A stretch of DNA of 64,000 nt from contig NC_042998.1 in NCBI RefSeq assembly GCF_006345805.1, positions 22,816,001 to 22,880,000 on the forward strand, written 5' to 3'. The position numbers and the translations under genes are program-made. The stretch is from Octopus sinensis. Taxonomy: Eukaryota. The notes beneath the pieces were generated by a model. The model did no database searches, was not told where the DNA came from, and saw only the letters and a list, made by a program, of their open reading frames with translations. Shown here one piece after another: positions 50,401-62,870 of this stretch. Each line of letters opens with the position of its first letter. The first letter of the stretch is position 1.

Positions 50401-50819
50401 TATTTTATTTTGATTCTTTTTTTACTATGACTTTTTTCCCCCCTTTTTTTACTTTTATATTTTCATCTGCAATTATTTCTTCTTCATTACAGAGTTAGGT
50501 GTTGTATTATAGGATTATACTAGTAGGGAACAAGGAATTGATTCATTTATTTGGAGTACTTACTTAAAGATATTTCCTTTGCTACTCTCAGGGTTTTGGT
50601 TGGCAGTACTCCATAAACTAGGGTTTGTATTTCATAACAGAGCAGCAGAGATGCTAAGTGCCCAATACTAATCTGTATAAGGCTTGTAGGATATAATATA
50701 TAATTTGCTTAATCTTCTATTATAATCCCATTCAAATCTATGATGATTTATATGAATATTAAATCAATCTCTTTTCATTATCATGAAAGCCATAGCAAGC
50801 CTTAGAAGGATTTCAAATG

Positions 50820-51117
50820 ACAAGGGCACCGCCATGTAAAAAGCACATTGGCTGGCACCACATGTAAAGCACCCTTGCTAGAGCCACATTAAAAGCTGTC
50901 ATTCTGGTACCACATAAAAATCGCCCAGTACACTTTGTAAAGTGGTTAGCGTTTGGAAGGGCATCCAGACATAGAATCCATGCCACAACAGACAGTTGGA
51001 GCCTGGTGCAGCTCTCCAGTTTTATCAGCTCCCGTCAAACTCTCCAGCCCATGCCAGCAAACAGATGTTAAATGATGATGGTGGTGGTGGTGGTGTGGTG
51101 ATGATGATGATGATGGC
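50820..51117 (+). mobile_element. Old RTE 3' tail
   Basis: ggaagggcatccag...gttaaatgatgatg. Confidence 0.75.
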
Positions 51118-51561
51118 AAAATTAGTTGTCAATCTAATATGATGTCTATGGCTTCAGTGGAGCAGTTTTATCTAGAATTAGGTAGGCACAGTTTCAATAT
51201 CTTCTTTTTGTATTATTTTTCTAAACAGCAAAATTCAATCTGACACTGTTGTGATTTGGTAACTAAGATCCTTCTGACTTGCTCGACTACTACATCCTTT
51301 CCATCTCAACAACTATCCTTGCTTACATAAATCCTGAGATTTCATGATGAAGAAATGTTTAAATCAACATTCCATGATTCTATGCCTGTATATGTATGAT
51401 ACATATATTTTGCATGACCATATATATATGTATACATATATATATATATAGAGAGAGAGAGGGAGAAAGAGATAGATGCATGTGTATGTGAAGATATTGA
51501 TATATAGATGTGTGTGTGTGTGTAAAGATATATATATATATGTATATATTATATATACATA

Positions 51562-52268
51562 CAGGGTGTGATGAGTAAATTGTTACCATTTTATATCTTT
51601 AATTTCACACCTGTGCATTGTTTGTTCTTGATTTTGTTGACTACACAGTTTAGTAGGGTCAGTTGGGTACTGTCTGTGTCCCCAAAACATGTATTGAGAG
51701 TGATAAAATGAAACATCCAGTCAATATTGTGGTGTTTGGAGGGATCAATAGTGATGACGATGTTATGCCGGCTTCCCACATGGCCTCAGATTCAACATGG
51801 AGGCCTGCACCAAGTGCCTGGTTCAAGAGGGTGGTTGCTGGAAGACCCTATGTCCGGCAACAGGGCCTCACACCAAGCCACACAAGCAGAAGAACCCAAT
51901 CATAGCTGTCAGACAATTTCTATGACAACATCACCCCTAACATCTGGCCACCTAACTCCCCAGACTGCAACACCCTTGATTATTATGTGTGGGCGCAGTT
52001 GAGTGAGAGACCAACAAAACACCTTGTAACACCAAAGATAAATGGAAAGTAAGGATTATAGCAGCATTCACCAACTTGGACAAGGAGACTGTCCAGAAGA
52101 GTTTCAGAAGATTCTGAAGTCGTCTGGAGCCAATGGTGATTTTATTAAATAAATTTACTCTTTAGTATTTCAGGATATTTTTATGTATTTTGGTAAATAT
52201 ATCTGTTAAAATAAGATGGCAGAGTTATTTTCATTTTTGCGTAATTAACACGACAATTTATTCACTGC
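51562..52268 (+). mobile_element. Internally deleted DD37D (maT) element
   Basis: TA|cagggtgtgatgagtaaatt TIR. The C-terminal half is homologous to 43657-44300. The deletion junction is near 51671. Confidence 0.85.
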
Positions 52269-52269
52269 G

Positions 52270-52585
52270 CTTGGGCAAGTGTCTTCTACTATAACCTCAG
52301 GCCGACCAAAGCCTTGTGAGTGGATTTGGTAGACAGAAACTGAAAGAAGCCCATCGTATATATACATATATATATGTATATGTATGTGTGTCTGTATCCC
52401 ACCAAAATTGCTTGACAACCGATGCTGGTGTATTTACATCCCTGTAATTTAGCGGTTGAGAGAGAGAGAGAGAGAGAAATGTGGTACTAGGCTTACAAAG
52501 AATAAGTCCTGGGGTCAATTTGTTCAACTAAAGGCAGTGCTCCAGCATGGCCGCAGTCAAATGACTGAAACAAGTAAAAGATAGA
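52270..52585 (+). mobile_element. Family-B SINE, 5'-truncated
   Basis: Homology. Confidence 0.85.
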
Positions 52586-52952
52586 GAGAGTATATATTGT
52601 TGTATTTTGGGCTGATCATTTTTTTCTTTTACCAAATAAACACACACACACTATATATTCATTTTCACTCGTTTATTACTGTTCTTATTTTACCTTTTTT
52701 TTTAATCTTATGTCCATTATCTGGAAATCTTTTGTCACACATCTGCGACCTCTTCAATGACAATATCTTTTCTCGTGTGTCCTCCTGCTCTGCTTAGTCC
52801 ATTCTGTTAATATAAGAGCAGTAAGAAACAAGTGAAGGATGAATGTATAGTGTGTGTGTTTATTTGGCAAAAAAAGAGAAAACTGACCATCCCAAAATAT
52901 AACAATATCTGTTTCAAAACATGGCTTCACATCTGGAATCTTGCAATGCAAA

Positions 52953-52987
<35 letters not shown>

Positions 52988-53188
52988 TTTGACATCACAA
53001 GAGAGAGAGAGAGAGGGCAAAAAAGAAAACGGAGGAGCACATTAGTTGGTTCATCAACTTTAGGACATTAAAAATGTTAACTTATTTATTTATTAAACTA
53101 ATAATTATAATAACATATAGCATATTATTCTATGCATATAAAATAAGAATACAAGTAATTATTAAAAAACATGAATATAAATTATTAA

Positions 53189-53319
53189 TATAACTTACAG
53201 CTGTTTCAGCCCATAGATAAAAGCATTTCATTCTGCCTATAATAGTCAAGTGTATTGAGGTAATAAACAGTTGAAAATGAGGTACTTACATATATCTCTA
53301 GGCCTCGTCAGAGATTATA
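53189..53319 (-). ncRNA. Type-I hammerhead motif with 89-nt loop II
   Basis: tataatct-CTGACGA-ggcc...ggct-GAAA-CAGCT-GTA-agttata; palindromic stem III ACAGCTGT. Confidence 0.65.
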
Positions 53320-53351
53320 AAGTACGATCATAATAAATATAAATATATATA

Positions 53352-53401
<50 letters not shown>

Positions 53402-53493
53402 GTGGGGCAATTATGCAGATAAACAAATAAAATATGACAGCTTGGAGTTGATATAAAAAATGTGTATATATGCATATGTAAGTCTGTCTGTGT

Positions 53494-53526
<33 letters not shown>

Positions 53527-53589
53527 CGTTTGCATCTGTTTGGGTGTGAGTTACTGTCTCCTTGATTTGACATCACATAGTAGTAGTAA

Positions 53590-53800
53590 ATGAGTGTCAC
53601 TGTTACTTAAGTGGTATCCTTCATTCCCAATATTTCATAAAAACCTGTCTGGTTATGAGGAAATATTATCTTACCTGGAAATAGGCGAGGGTTGGCAACA
53701 TTGACAGCATCCTCACATAGAAAATGCACCTCAATAGAATTTCCATCTAACCCATGCAAGCATGGAAATGTGGATGTTAAAATGATGATCATCAGCATAA
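53590..53800 (+). mobile_element. RTE-like 3' tail variant
   Basis: ggcaacattgacagcatcc...ccatgcaagcatggaaatgtggatgttaaaatgatgat. Confidence 0.6.
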
Positions 53801-53906
53801 TGATGATATATACACATACATATATGTACAAAACTGAATAAGTAACAAGGATGTCCAGATATCAGCGCATTACAGCCATTTCAAGCAACCGCTTTTAATG
53901 AATTAA

Positions 53907-54349
53907 CCCTTTCATTACTGTATTTATTTTGAGATACTCTGTGTTTAAATATAACAAAGAATTTAGTAAAATAACTTAGTTATCATTAAGCTAGTATTAG
54001 GAACATAAATTGTGACCAAGGTTTGGTGGAAGATTTTAATTCAAAACTTATGGAAACAAGACATTTGTACTACAGAGCCAGAGCTGGTTTCAGGTGAGTT
54101 GTTATGAAAAGGGTTAAATTAATCATTTGTTAGCCCTTTCATTACCATATTTCTGTTGAGATGCTCTGGGTTTCTTTCAATCAATTTTATATATAACAAA
54201 GAATTTAGTAAAATATCTTAGTTATCATTAAGCTAGTGTTAAGAACATAAATTGTGACTAAGGTTTGGTGGAAGGTTTTTATTCAAAACTTATGAAAACC
54301 TTTGTACTCAGAGCCAGAGCCGGTTTCAGCCAGGCTGGTAATGAAAGGG
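53907..54349. mobile_element. Two tandem piggyBac-like MITEs (53907-54113 and 54134-54349)
   Basis: TTAA|CCCTTTCATTAC...GTAATGAAAGGG|TTAA termini. Confidence 0.75.
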
Positions 54350-54583
54350 TTAATGAAAACATTACGTCCGAGGAGAGTGGTTTATTTCAAATTCATGTAA
54401 TGTTTCCATTGATCAGTTAAATGGAGTCACTTGAAACAGCTCTAATGCACTAATACCTGGACATCCTTCTTACTTATTTGCTTTTTATTCACTTAACTTC
54501 AAGCTGTGCAGATAATACCAGACTGACTTGGTGCCTCAGCTTAAGTACTTAATTCAAATGAATTTTAATTATTTCTTGCATAC

Positions 54584-54617
<34 letters not shown>

Positions 54618-54918
54618 CTTAAGTATAAATATAAAAATATAATTATAATTAAGGTCACTGGAATGCCAGAACCTGTATGCTAGAAGTAGATGCCAGACAT
54701 CTACAATCCACTTTAAATTTGTTCTGTATTTATAGAGAACAAATTTAGAATGGCTTGTAGGTATTTGACATCTACTTCTAGTGTATAGGCACTGGCATTC
54801 CACAACCCTGAATTATAGTTATATTTTTATAATTAAATATTTAAAAATTAATTTTACCGATATGGTAATTTTTTATATGCTAGCCACTGACATAATCATC
54901 TTAACAATTATATCCTAA

Positions 54919-54947
<29 letters not shown>

Positions 54948-54949
<2 letters not shown>

Positions 54950-55100
54950 GGAGTGGTTGTGTGGTAAGTAGCTTGATTATGAACCACATGGTTCAGTCCC
55001 ACTGCCTGTCACCTTGGACAAGTGTCTTCTACTATAGCCTCGGGCCGACCAAAGCCTTGTGAGTAGATTTGGTAGACAGAAACTGAAAGAAGCCCATCGT
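54948..55100 (+). mobile_element. Family-B SINE 5' half
   Basis: Homology. Confidence 0.85.
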
Positions 55101-55101
55101 A

Positions 55102-55139
<38 letters not shown>

Positions 55140-55361
55140 CCTAACCTTCTGAGTTCTTTTACAGGGCTTAGAAAAACTGAAGGGCCACTGCAATAAGTGT
55201 GTAGATCTGAGAGAAGAATATGTTGAGTAAAATCATAATTAACCGATTCTCCTCTATTTTCTTTTACCCAAAGCCAGGAAGTTTTCAGCGTCCCCTCGAA
55301 TGCATACATTCTAAATATCCATCTTTACCCAAAGACTGAAGTGCGTGTGTGTGCATGCATG

Positions 55362-55400
<39 letters not shown>

Positions 55401-55889
55401 GTGCATACATTTAATGTAATAAGCATTAAACTTTTAATTAATCAAGACATTAGACCCACCTACACTCCCAATGTGACCTAGAAAGGAAACACGAGTTTTG
55501 CATTTAAATACGACCAATAGAGTCAGGGGAGAGAATTCTGAGAATTAAATTAATTAAAATTAAAATCATGCATTTCGTAACGAAAAGAGAATATCGTTAT
55601 TTGCTGAAAGGGTAACGTTAATTAAATCTGATCTTTTACGAGCACTGTAATGACTCCGGACATATTTCGGAATAGAGAAATGAAAATGGATGAGATTATT
55701 GGGTGTGAAAGCACCAATTAATGTGTGTGAAAGATATTTATAAGAGAGGAAGATCTGAAAAACGATGTGGGAAGGTGAGAGGAATATTGTCATGTGAGAT
55801 AAGTCACAGAATCAAGATAATGTAGGGGATGTGCTGAAGATGGCAACCCATCCGAACCCCACCAGCACCGTAGGAAAATAGGCAGGAAA

Positions 55890-57260
55890 ATTATGATGGT
55901 GATGGTTGTAGTGGTGGCGGTAGTGGCAGTGACAGTGATGGCAGGTGTGATGATGATGGTGGTGGTGGTGGTGCTGGTGGTGGTGCTGGTGGTGGTGCTG
56001 GGGATGGTGATGGCAGTGGTGGTAGCAACAGTTGTGTTCATGGTGATGATGATGATGATGATGATGATGACAACGATAACAACAATGACGGTGATGATCA
56101 TGATGATGAAGATAATGGTGGTGGTGGTGGTGGGTGTGGTGGTAGCAACAGTTGTGTTCATGGTGATGATGATGATGATGACGTCAACGTTGACAACGAC
56201 GACGATGACAATGTTAACAACAACAATGACGACGATGATGATGATAATGATGGTGGTGGTGGTGGTGGTGATGGTAATGATGACAATGATGCTGATGACA
56301 ACAACAACGATGATGATGGTGGTGGTGGTGGTGGTGGTGGTGGTATTGGCGATGGTAATGATGACAGTGATGATGATGACAACAACGATGGTGGTGGTGT
56401 TTGTGAAGATGATTATGATGATAATGATGATGATGACAATGATGATGAAGATGATGATAATGAAGATAATGATGGTGGTGGCGGTGGTGGCAATAACGGT
56501 GGTGGTGGTAGTGGCGATGGTAATGATGATAGTGGTGATGAAGACAACAACGATGATGATGATGATGGTGGTGGTGGTGGTGGTAGTGATTATGAGGATG
56601 ATGATGATGGTAATGATGATGATGACAATCATGATTAAGATGATGATAATGAAGATAATGATGGTGGTGGTGTTGGCAGTGGTGGTAGCAACAGTTGTGT
56701 TCATGGTGATGATGATGATGACGTCAACGATGACGATGACAATGTTAACAACAACAATGACGATGATGATGATGATAATGAAGATAATGATGGTGGTGGT
56801 GGTGGTGGTGGTGGTATTGGCGATGGTAATAATGACAGTGATGATGATGACAACAACGATGATGATGATGGTGGTGGTGGTGGTGGTGATTATGAGGATG
56901 ATGATGATGGTAATGAGGATGATGACAATGATGATGAAGATAATGGTGGTAGTGGTGGTGGTGGTGGCAATAACAGTGGTGGTTGTAGTGGCGATGGTAA
57001 TGATGACAGTGATGATGATGGTGGTGGTGGTGGTGATTATGAGGATGATGATGATGGTAATGATGACGATGACAATCAGGATTAAGATGATGATAATGAA
57101 GATGATGGTGGTGGTGGTGGTCGAGGTGGTGATGGTAATGATGCCAGTGATGATGATGACCACAACGACGTTGATGATAAGGATGATGATGGCGGTGTTG
57201 ATGATGATGGTGGTGGTGGTGGTGGTGATGATTATGAGGATGATGATGATGATGGTGATG
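55890..57260. repeat. (GGT/GAT)n trinucleotide array with higher-order repeats
   Basis: gcaacagttgtgttcatggtg recurs 3 times; gacgtcaacg..aatgttaacaacaacaatgacg recurs twice. Confidence 0.95.
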
Positions 57261-57309
57261 ACATTGACATCTTCAACACAAATGGTAATGATACATGTAA
57301 GCGCACGCG

Positions 57310-57757
57310 TATCATTTCACACACACACACACACATACACATATCAATATATTTATGCACACACACACACACACATTCACACACACACATACATACATAT
57401 ATACATATATAAATATATTTATACACATGCACACACACATATACATACATACATATATACATATATAAATATATCTATATATACACACACACATATAAAT
57501 ATATTTATACACATGTACACACACACACATACTCACACACACACACACACATACATATATACATATATATATTTATACACATGCACACACACACACATAC
57601 ATACATCCATACATACATCCATACATACATACATATACACACACACATTCACACACATACACATACATATATAAATATATTTATACACATGTACACACAC
57701 ACACATACTCACATATATACATATATATATTTATACACAATCACACACACACATACA

Positions 57758-57789
<32 letters not shown>

Positions 57790-57910
57790 CACACACAATC
57801 ACACACACACATACATACATACATACTCACACACACATACTCACACACACACACACATACTCACACATACATACTCACACACACACACATACTCACACTC
57901 ACACACCCAT
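57310..57910. repeat. (CA/CATA)n field
   Basis: Direct inspection. Confidence 0.95.
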
Positions 57911-58569
57911 AGACGTGTACATTCAATCAGAAAGAATGGAAGTTGTGATTAGCAATTGTTTGTGAATTTCGCAGAGAATGTACGAAATAATATTAGTCAG
58001 GCTTCTTTCCTAACTTTAACCAAACCGAATGAGATTAGATATTCATTTTTCCTTCACTTTTTCTCTCGTTCGGCATTTCGTATTCTTTCCTAACAAATAC
58101 CACAAGAAGATTCTATCTTCGCAAGTACCACAGAACACAAACCCCAGCTACAATGCAAATGATTTCACTGGACCCATTTTCTTTGCTGAAGAATCTTAAC
58201 ATATTTACTGACATTTAACATTTGCTAAGTCTTGATAAATGGTACCAAAGCCAAACTAATAGGAAATAACAAAAATTTTTACAAAAATTTAAGATGTAAT
58301 AGGATTTCCTGCCTGTGAGTATTTTGGCTTTTTTCTTTTGGGTAGAGAATTTTTAAGTAATGATTCTTCATAAATGCAACATCAGGATGGCTTTCGTGAA
58401 TTTCTTCGCCATCTTATTTCCTATGCAATTCATTTGTTTGTTTGGTTATTTGTTTGTTTTGGCTTTTCTTTTTCTTTTTTTTTCTTTTTGTTTGTTTGTT
58501 TTTATTTATTTATTTATTTATTCCATTTAACCAATTTATTTCGGGCAACAAATAGCAACCAACCAGCAT

Positions 58570-59320
58570 CGCTGCCATATACCAGTATCGCTGTCGCCAC
58601 CATCACCGCCGACGCCACCGCCGACACCACTGCCGTTTCCACCACCATCGCCACCATCATCATCATCATCACCATCAACAACACCATCACCACCATTACC
58701 ACCATCATCACCATTACCATTGCCACCACCACCATCACCTACACCTCCGTCACCATTACCACCACCACCACCATCACCACCACTGCTGCCTCCACCGCAA
58801 TCGCCACCACCATCATCATCATCACCACCAACAACACCATCACCACCATTACCACCACCACCACCACCACCATCACCTACACCTCTGTCACCATTACCAC
58901 CACCATCACCACCACTGCTGCCTCCACCACCATCGCCACCACCATCATCATCATCATCACCACCAACAACACCATCACCACCATTACCACCACCACCACC
59001 ATCATCACCATTACTATCGCCAACACCACTATCACCACCGCCCACCACCATCGCCTACACCACTGTCACCATTACCACCAAAACGTTCAGCACTAACTCC
59101 ATCCCCATCACCACCACCATCACCATCAGCACCACCACCATCCCCACCATTACCACCACCACCACCACCACCATCATCACCATTACTATCGCCAACACCA
59201 CTATCACCACCGCCCACCACCATCACCTACACCACCGCCACCATTACCACCAAAACATTCAGCACTAACTCCATCCCCATCACCACCACTGTCAGCACCA
59301 CCACCATCCCCACCATCCTT
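58570..59320. repeat. (ACC/ATC)n trinucleotide array
   Basis: Direct inspection; internal duplications. Confidence 0.95.
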
Positions 59321-59496
59321 CCACCAAAAACAATAAACAAATAAATAGAAATAAATAAACAAATATTGTCTGTGACAATATAAGAGACATTTTGGATAGA
59401 AAGCCTAATGGCAGGGAAATGACCGAAATTAAATATAATCCATCCTGGTTTTGTACTAAAACCATACAGAAAAAAATTCAATCATCTAAAAACAAA

Positions 59497-59642
59497 CAGG
59501 CATGGCTGTGTGGTTAGAAGCTTGCTTCCCAACCACATGGTTCCAGGTTTCAGTCCCACTGCAAGGCACCTAAGGAAAATGTCTTCTGTTACAGTCTCAG
59601 GCTGACCAAAGCCTTGTGACTGGATTTTGTAGATGGAAACTG
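59497..59642 (-). mobile_element. Family-B SINE 5' half
   Basis: Homology. Confidence 0.75.
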
Positions 59643-59667
59643 TAATATATATATATATATATGTGCA

Positions 59668-60960
59668 TACCATCATCTTCATCATCATCTAAGGTCCGTT
59701 GTCCATTCTGGCATGAGTTGGGCAGTTTGACCAGGACTGACTAACTGGAAGGCTGCACCAAACTCCAGTCTGATTTGGCATGGTTTTCTGTGGCTGGATG
59801 TCCTTCCTAACGCCAACCACTCCAAGAGTGTAATAGGTGCTTTTACGTACCACCAGCATGGGTGCCATTTGCGTGACACCAGTGTCTGCCATGATTGTGA
59901 TTTTGCTCAGCTTCATGGGTCTTCTTCTCAAGCACAACATAATGCCAAAGGTCTCAGTCATTGCCTCCATGAGGCCCAACACTCAAACAGAGCTCAGCTG
60001 CTTTGCCTTTGTGAGGCCCAACGCTCAAAAGGGAACTCACTTCTGTGAGGCCCAATGCTCAAAAGGAACTCAGCCACTTTGCCTCCATGAGGCCCAACAC
60101 TCGAAAGGAACTCAGCCACTTTGCCTCCATGAGGCCCAACACTCGAAAGGAACTCAGCCACTTTGCCTCCATGAGGCCCAACACTCGAAAGGAACTCAGC
60201 CGCTTTGCCTCCATGAGGCCCAACACTCGAAAGGAACTCAGCCACTTTGCCTCCATGAGGCCCAACACTCGAAAGGAACTCAGCCACTTTGCCTCCATGA
60301 GGCCCAACACTCGAAAGGAACTCAGCCACTTTGCCTCCATGAGGCCCAACACTCGAAAGGAACTCAGCCACTTTGCCTCCATGAGGCCCAACACTCGAAA
60401 GGAACTCAGCCACTTTGCCTCCATGAGGCCCAACACTCGAAAGGAACTCAGCCACTTTGCCTCCATGAGGCCCAACACTCGAAAGGAACTCAGCCACTTT
60501 GCCTCCATGAGGCCCAACGCTCAAAAGGTGCTCTTTATGCGCCACCAGCACAGGTACCAGTTACACAACACCAGCCTCAGTCATAACTATGATTTCACTT
60601 GGCTTGACGGGTTTTCTCAAGCATAGCATATTACCAAAGGTCTTGGTCACCAGTAATTGCCTCTTCGAGGCTCAAAGTTCGAAGATCATGCTTCACCACC
60701 TTGTCCCATGTCTTCCTGGGTCTACCTCTACCACAGGTGCCCTCCACAGTCAGAGATCGACACTTCTTTACACAGCTGTCCACGTCCATACACATCACAT
60801 GACCATACCAGCATAGTCATCTCACTAACACATCACATATGATGCCTCTTATGCCTAATTTTTCTCTCAACATGCTTACACTTTTGTCAAACATGCACAC
60901 TGACATTGCACATCCAGCAAAGCATACATTGGCACTTATCAAACTAGTTAGATAAATGCC
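59668..60960 (-). mobile_element. Second RTE subfamily 3' end (ORF2 C-terminus plus 3' UTR) with a 42-bp VNTR
   Basis: Minus strand WYGHVMCMDVDSCVKKCRSLTVEGTCGRGRPRKTWDKVVKHDLR at about 60680-60830; (GAT)n tail at 59668. Confidence 0.8.
60078..60527. repeat. 42-bp tandem repeat, 10 near-identical units plus a partial unit
   Basis: tttgcctccatgaggcccaacactcgaaaggaactcagccac at a 42-bp period. Confidence 0.97.
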
Positions 60961-61073
60961 AATGCATGAAACTTTCGGCCTTTGAATCACTTTGTTACTT
61001 TTGCTAAATATTAATAAAAATATACATATACTTATATTTTAAGTTCTGTTTTTCCTGTTTGCACCAACACAAC

Positions 61074-61115
<42 letters not shown>

Positions 61116-61320
61116 ATTAATCAAAGGACATACTAAGTATGTCTACCTGCTTGAAATAACAGTCAAAACTCTTATTAACCCTTATTAATTTTAATCCCTC
61201 GGCTATTTAATGCTATTTTTTGGCCTGCTATCGCCTGTGTTATTGATTCTGTTATTATCATTTTTGAATAGTTACATTGGATAGTAATAGAATTAATGAT
61301 ACCTTTGCAAATTAATTTTT

Positions 61321-61362
<42 letters not shown>

Positions 61363-61489
61363 ATAAATATATAATATAATTTTTCTGAATCTTCAGATTT
61401 TTCGATATGCTTGACAACTGGTTTTAAATTGATATTAATCAAATTAATATTCAATTTTTCACCCTTATTATTTTAAATTTATATATCAT

Positions 61490-61635
61490 CATCACCATCA
61501 TCGTTTAGCGTCCGCTTTCCATGCTAGCATGGGTTGGACGGTTCAACTGGCGTCTGATAAGCCAGAAGGCTGCACCAGGCCCAGTCTGATCTGGCAATGT
61601 TTCTACGGCTGGATACCCTTCCTAATGCCAACCAC
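61490..61635 (-). mobile_element. RTE 3' tail
   Basis: Homology. Confidence 0.85.
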
Positions 61636-61958
61636 TAATTATAATTAGGGAGCAGCTAACTGCTTCACCACATACCGAAATTAGAAATGGGAGTTAAAAA
61701 TTCCTTTTCTGCTACTATAAGAATCTCCACGACGGTAAACATACTTTTTTACGAAGGCAAAGAGAAAAACAATGAATCAACACAACCAGGATTAATTATA
61801 TACGCGTTTTGTGATTAAAGCAATTTAAATTTTACTTACTTCTCTCTTCAGTATAGTATTTCCAATTTTTATATAAAATTTGGAAGTGCTATGGCTGAAT
61901 ATGCAGATTGTGTGCATATTCAGCCATAGACTTTCATATATGTATATTTATGTATATA

Positions 61959-61997
<39 letters not shown>

Positions 61998-62019
61998 TCT
62001 CTTACTTGTTCCAGTGATT

Positions 62020-62200
62020 AGACATTCTGTAAAGTAGTTGGCATTAGGAAGGGCATCCAGCCATAGAATCCATACCAAAACAGACAACAGGAACCTGGTA
62101 CAGCATTCCGGCCTTGTCAGCTCCTGTCAAACCATCCAACCCATGCCAGCAGGGAAAATGGACATTGGATGATGATGACGACGATGGTGGTGGTGGTGGT
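62020..62200 (+). mobile_element. RTE 3' tail followed by a (GAT/GGT)n expansion
   Basis: Homology. Confidence 0.75.
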
Positions 62201-62208
62201 GGTGGTGG

Positions 62209-62243
<35 letters not shown>

Positions 62244-62870
62244 CCGACGCCGACGCCGACCACGACGACCACGATGATGATGACGATGATTGATGACAGT
62301 GATGATTCCAACTGATGTTCAAACAGCCTCTTCTGTTTCCCTGCACTCAACCCATCACAGCATCCCTGACAAGAGGAATACAAGTTTACATCTTTCCAGC
62401 TGAGAAACTGACTCCTAATCCACCTCAGCCAGTGTGTTTCCTATTTACCAAACAGAACTTTACAACCATATTTATTACACTGTTCCACTAATATACCGTA
62501 TTATTTATATCCATTTCACATTTGCCGTACTATTTATAAACAGTGTTTGAGCACATGTATGTGTGTGCATGTATGTACATAAGTGTATAAATGTGGGTGG
62601 GTGGATGGGGTGCATGTATGTATATGTTTGTGTATGTCATTGTGTGTATATATATAGAGTATGCTATTTATAGACTTCTTTTAACAACCATTCTATTTAA
62701 CATTCTCTATATTATTTTCGAAAATGGTTTACTGGCATTAAAGTACATGAATTGTAACAAAATAATACACAAGTAGGCATAACTTTTTCTATTAACTCAC
62801 ATAGGGCAATAAAAAATTGCGCATATTTGTAAAATAATTCTTCTGCTAAACAAAGCTACTACTTAATATA

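Noticed and set aside
55829-55870. Hammerhead-like ctgaaga-tgg-caac-cca
   Set aside because: GAAC instead of GAAA and no UH site
55790-57674. 457-aa and 593-aa ORFs (Thr/Ile-rich and Met/Val-rich)
   Set aside because: They arise from stop-poor trinucleotide repeats; there is no domain or splice support
60078-60527. CRISPR-like regular repeats (also 597-1245 and 47486-47645)
   Set aside because: No unique spacers of constant length, eukaryotic context, no cas genes
59837-60626. ORFs with 14-aa repeats
   Set aside because: Product of the 42-bp VNTR
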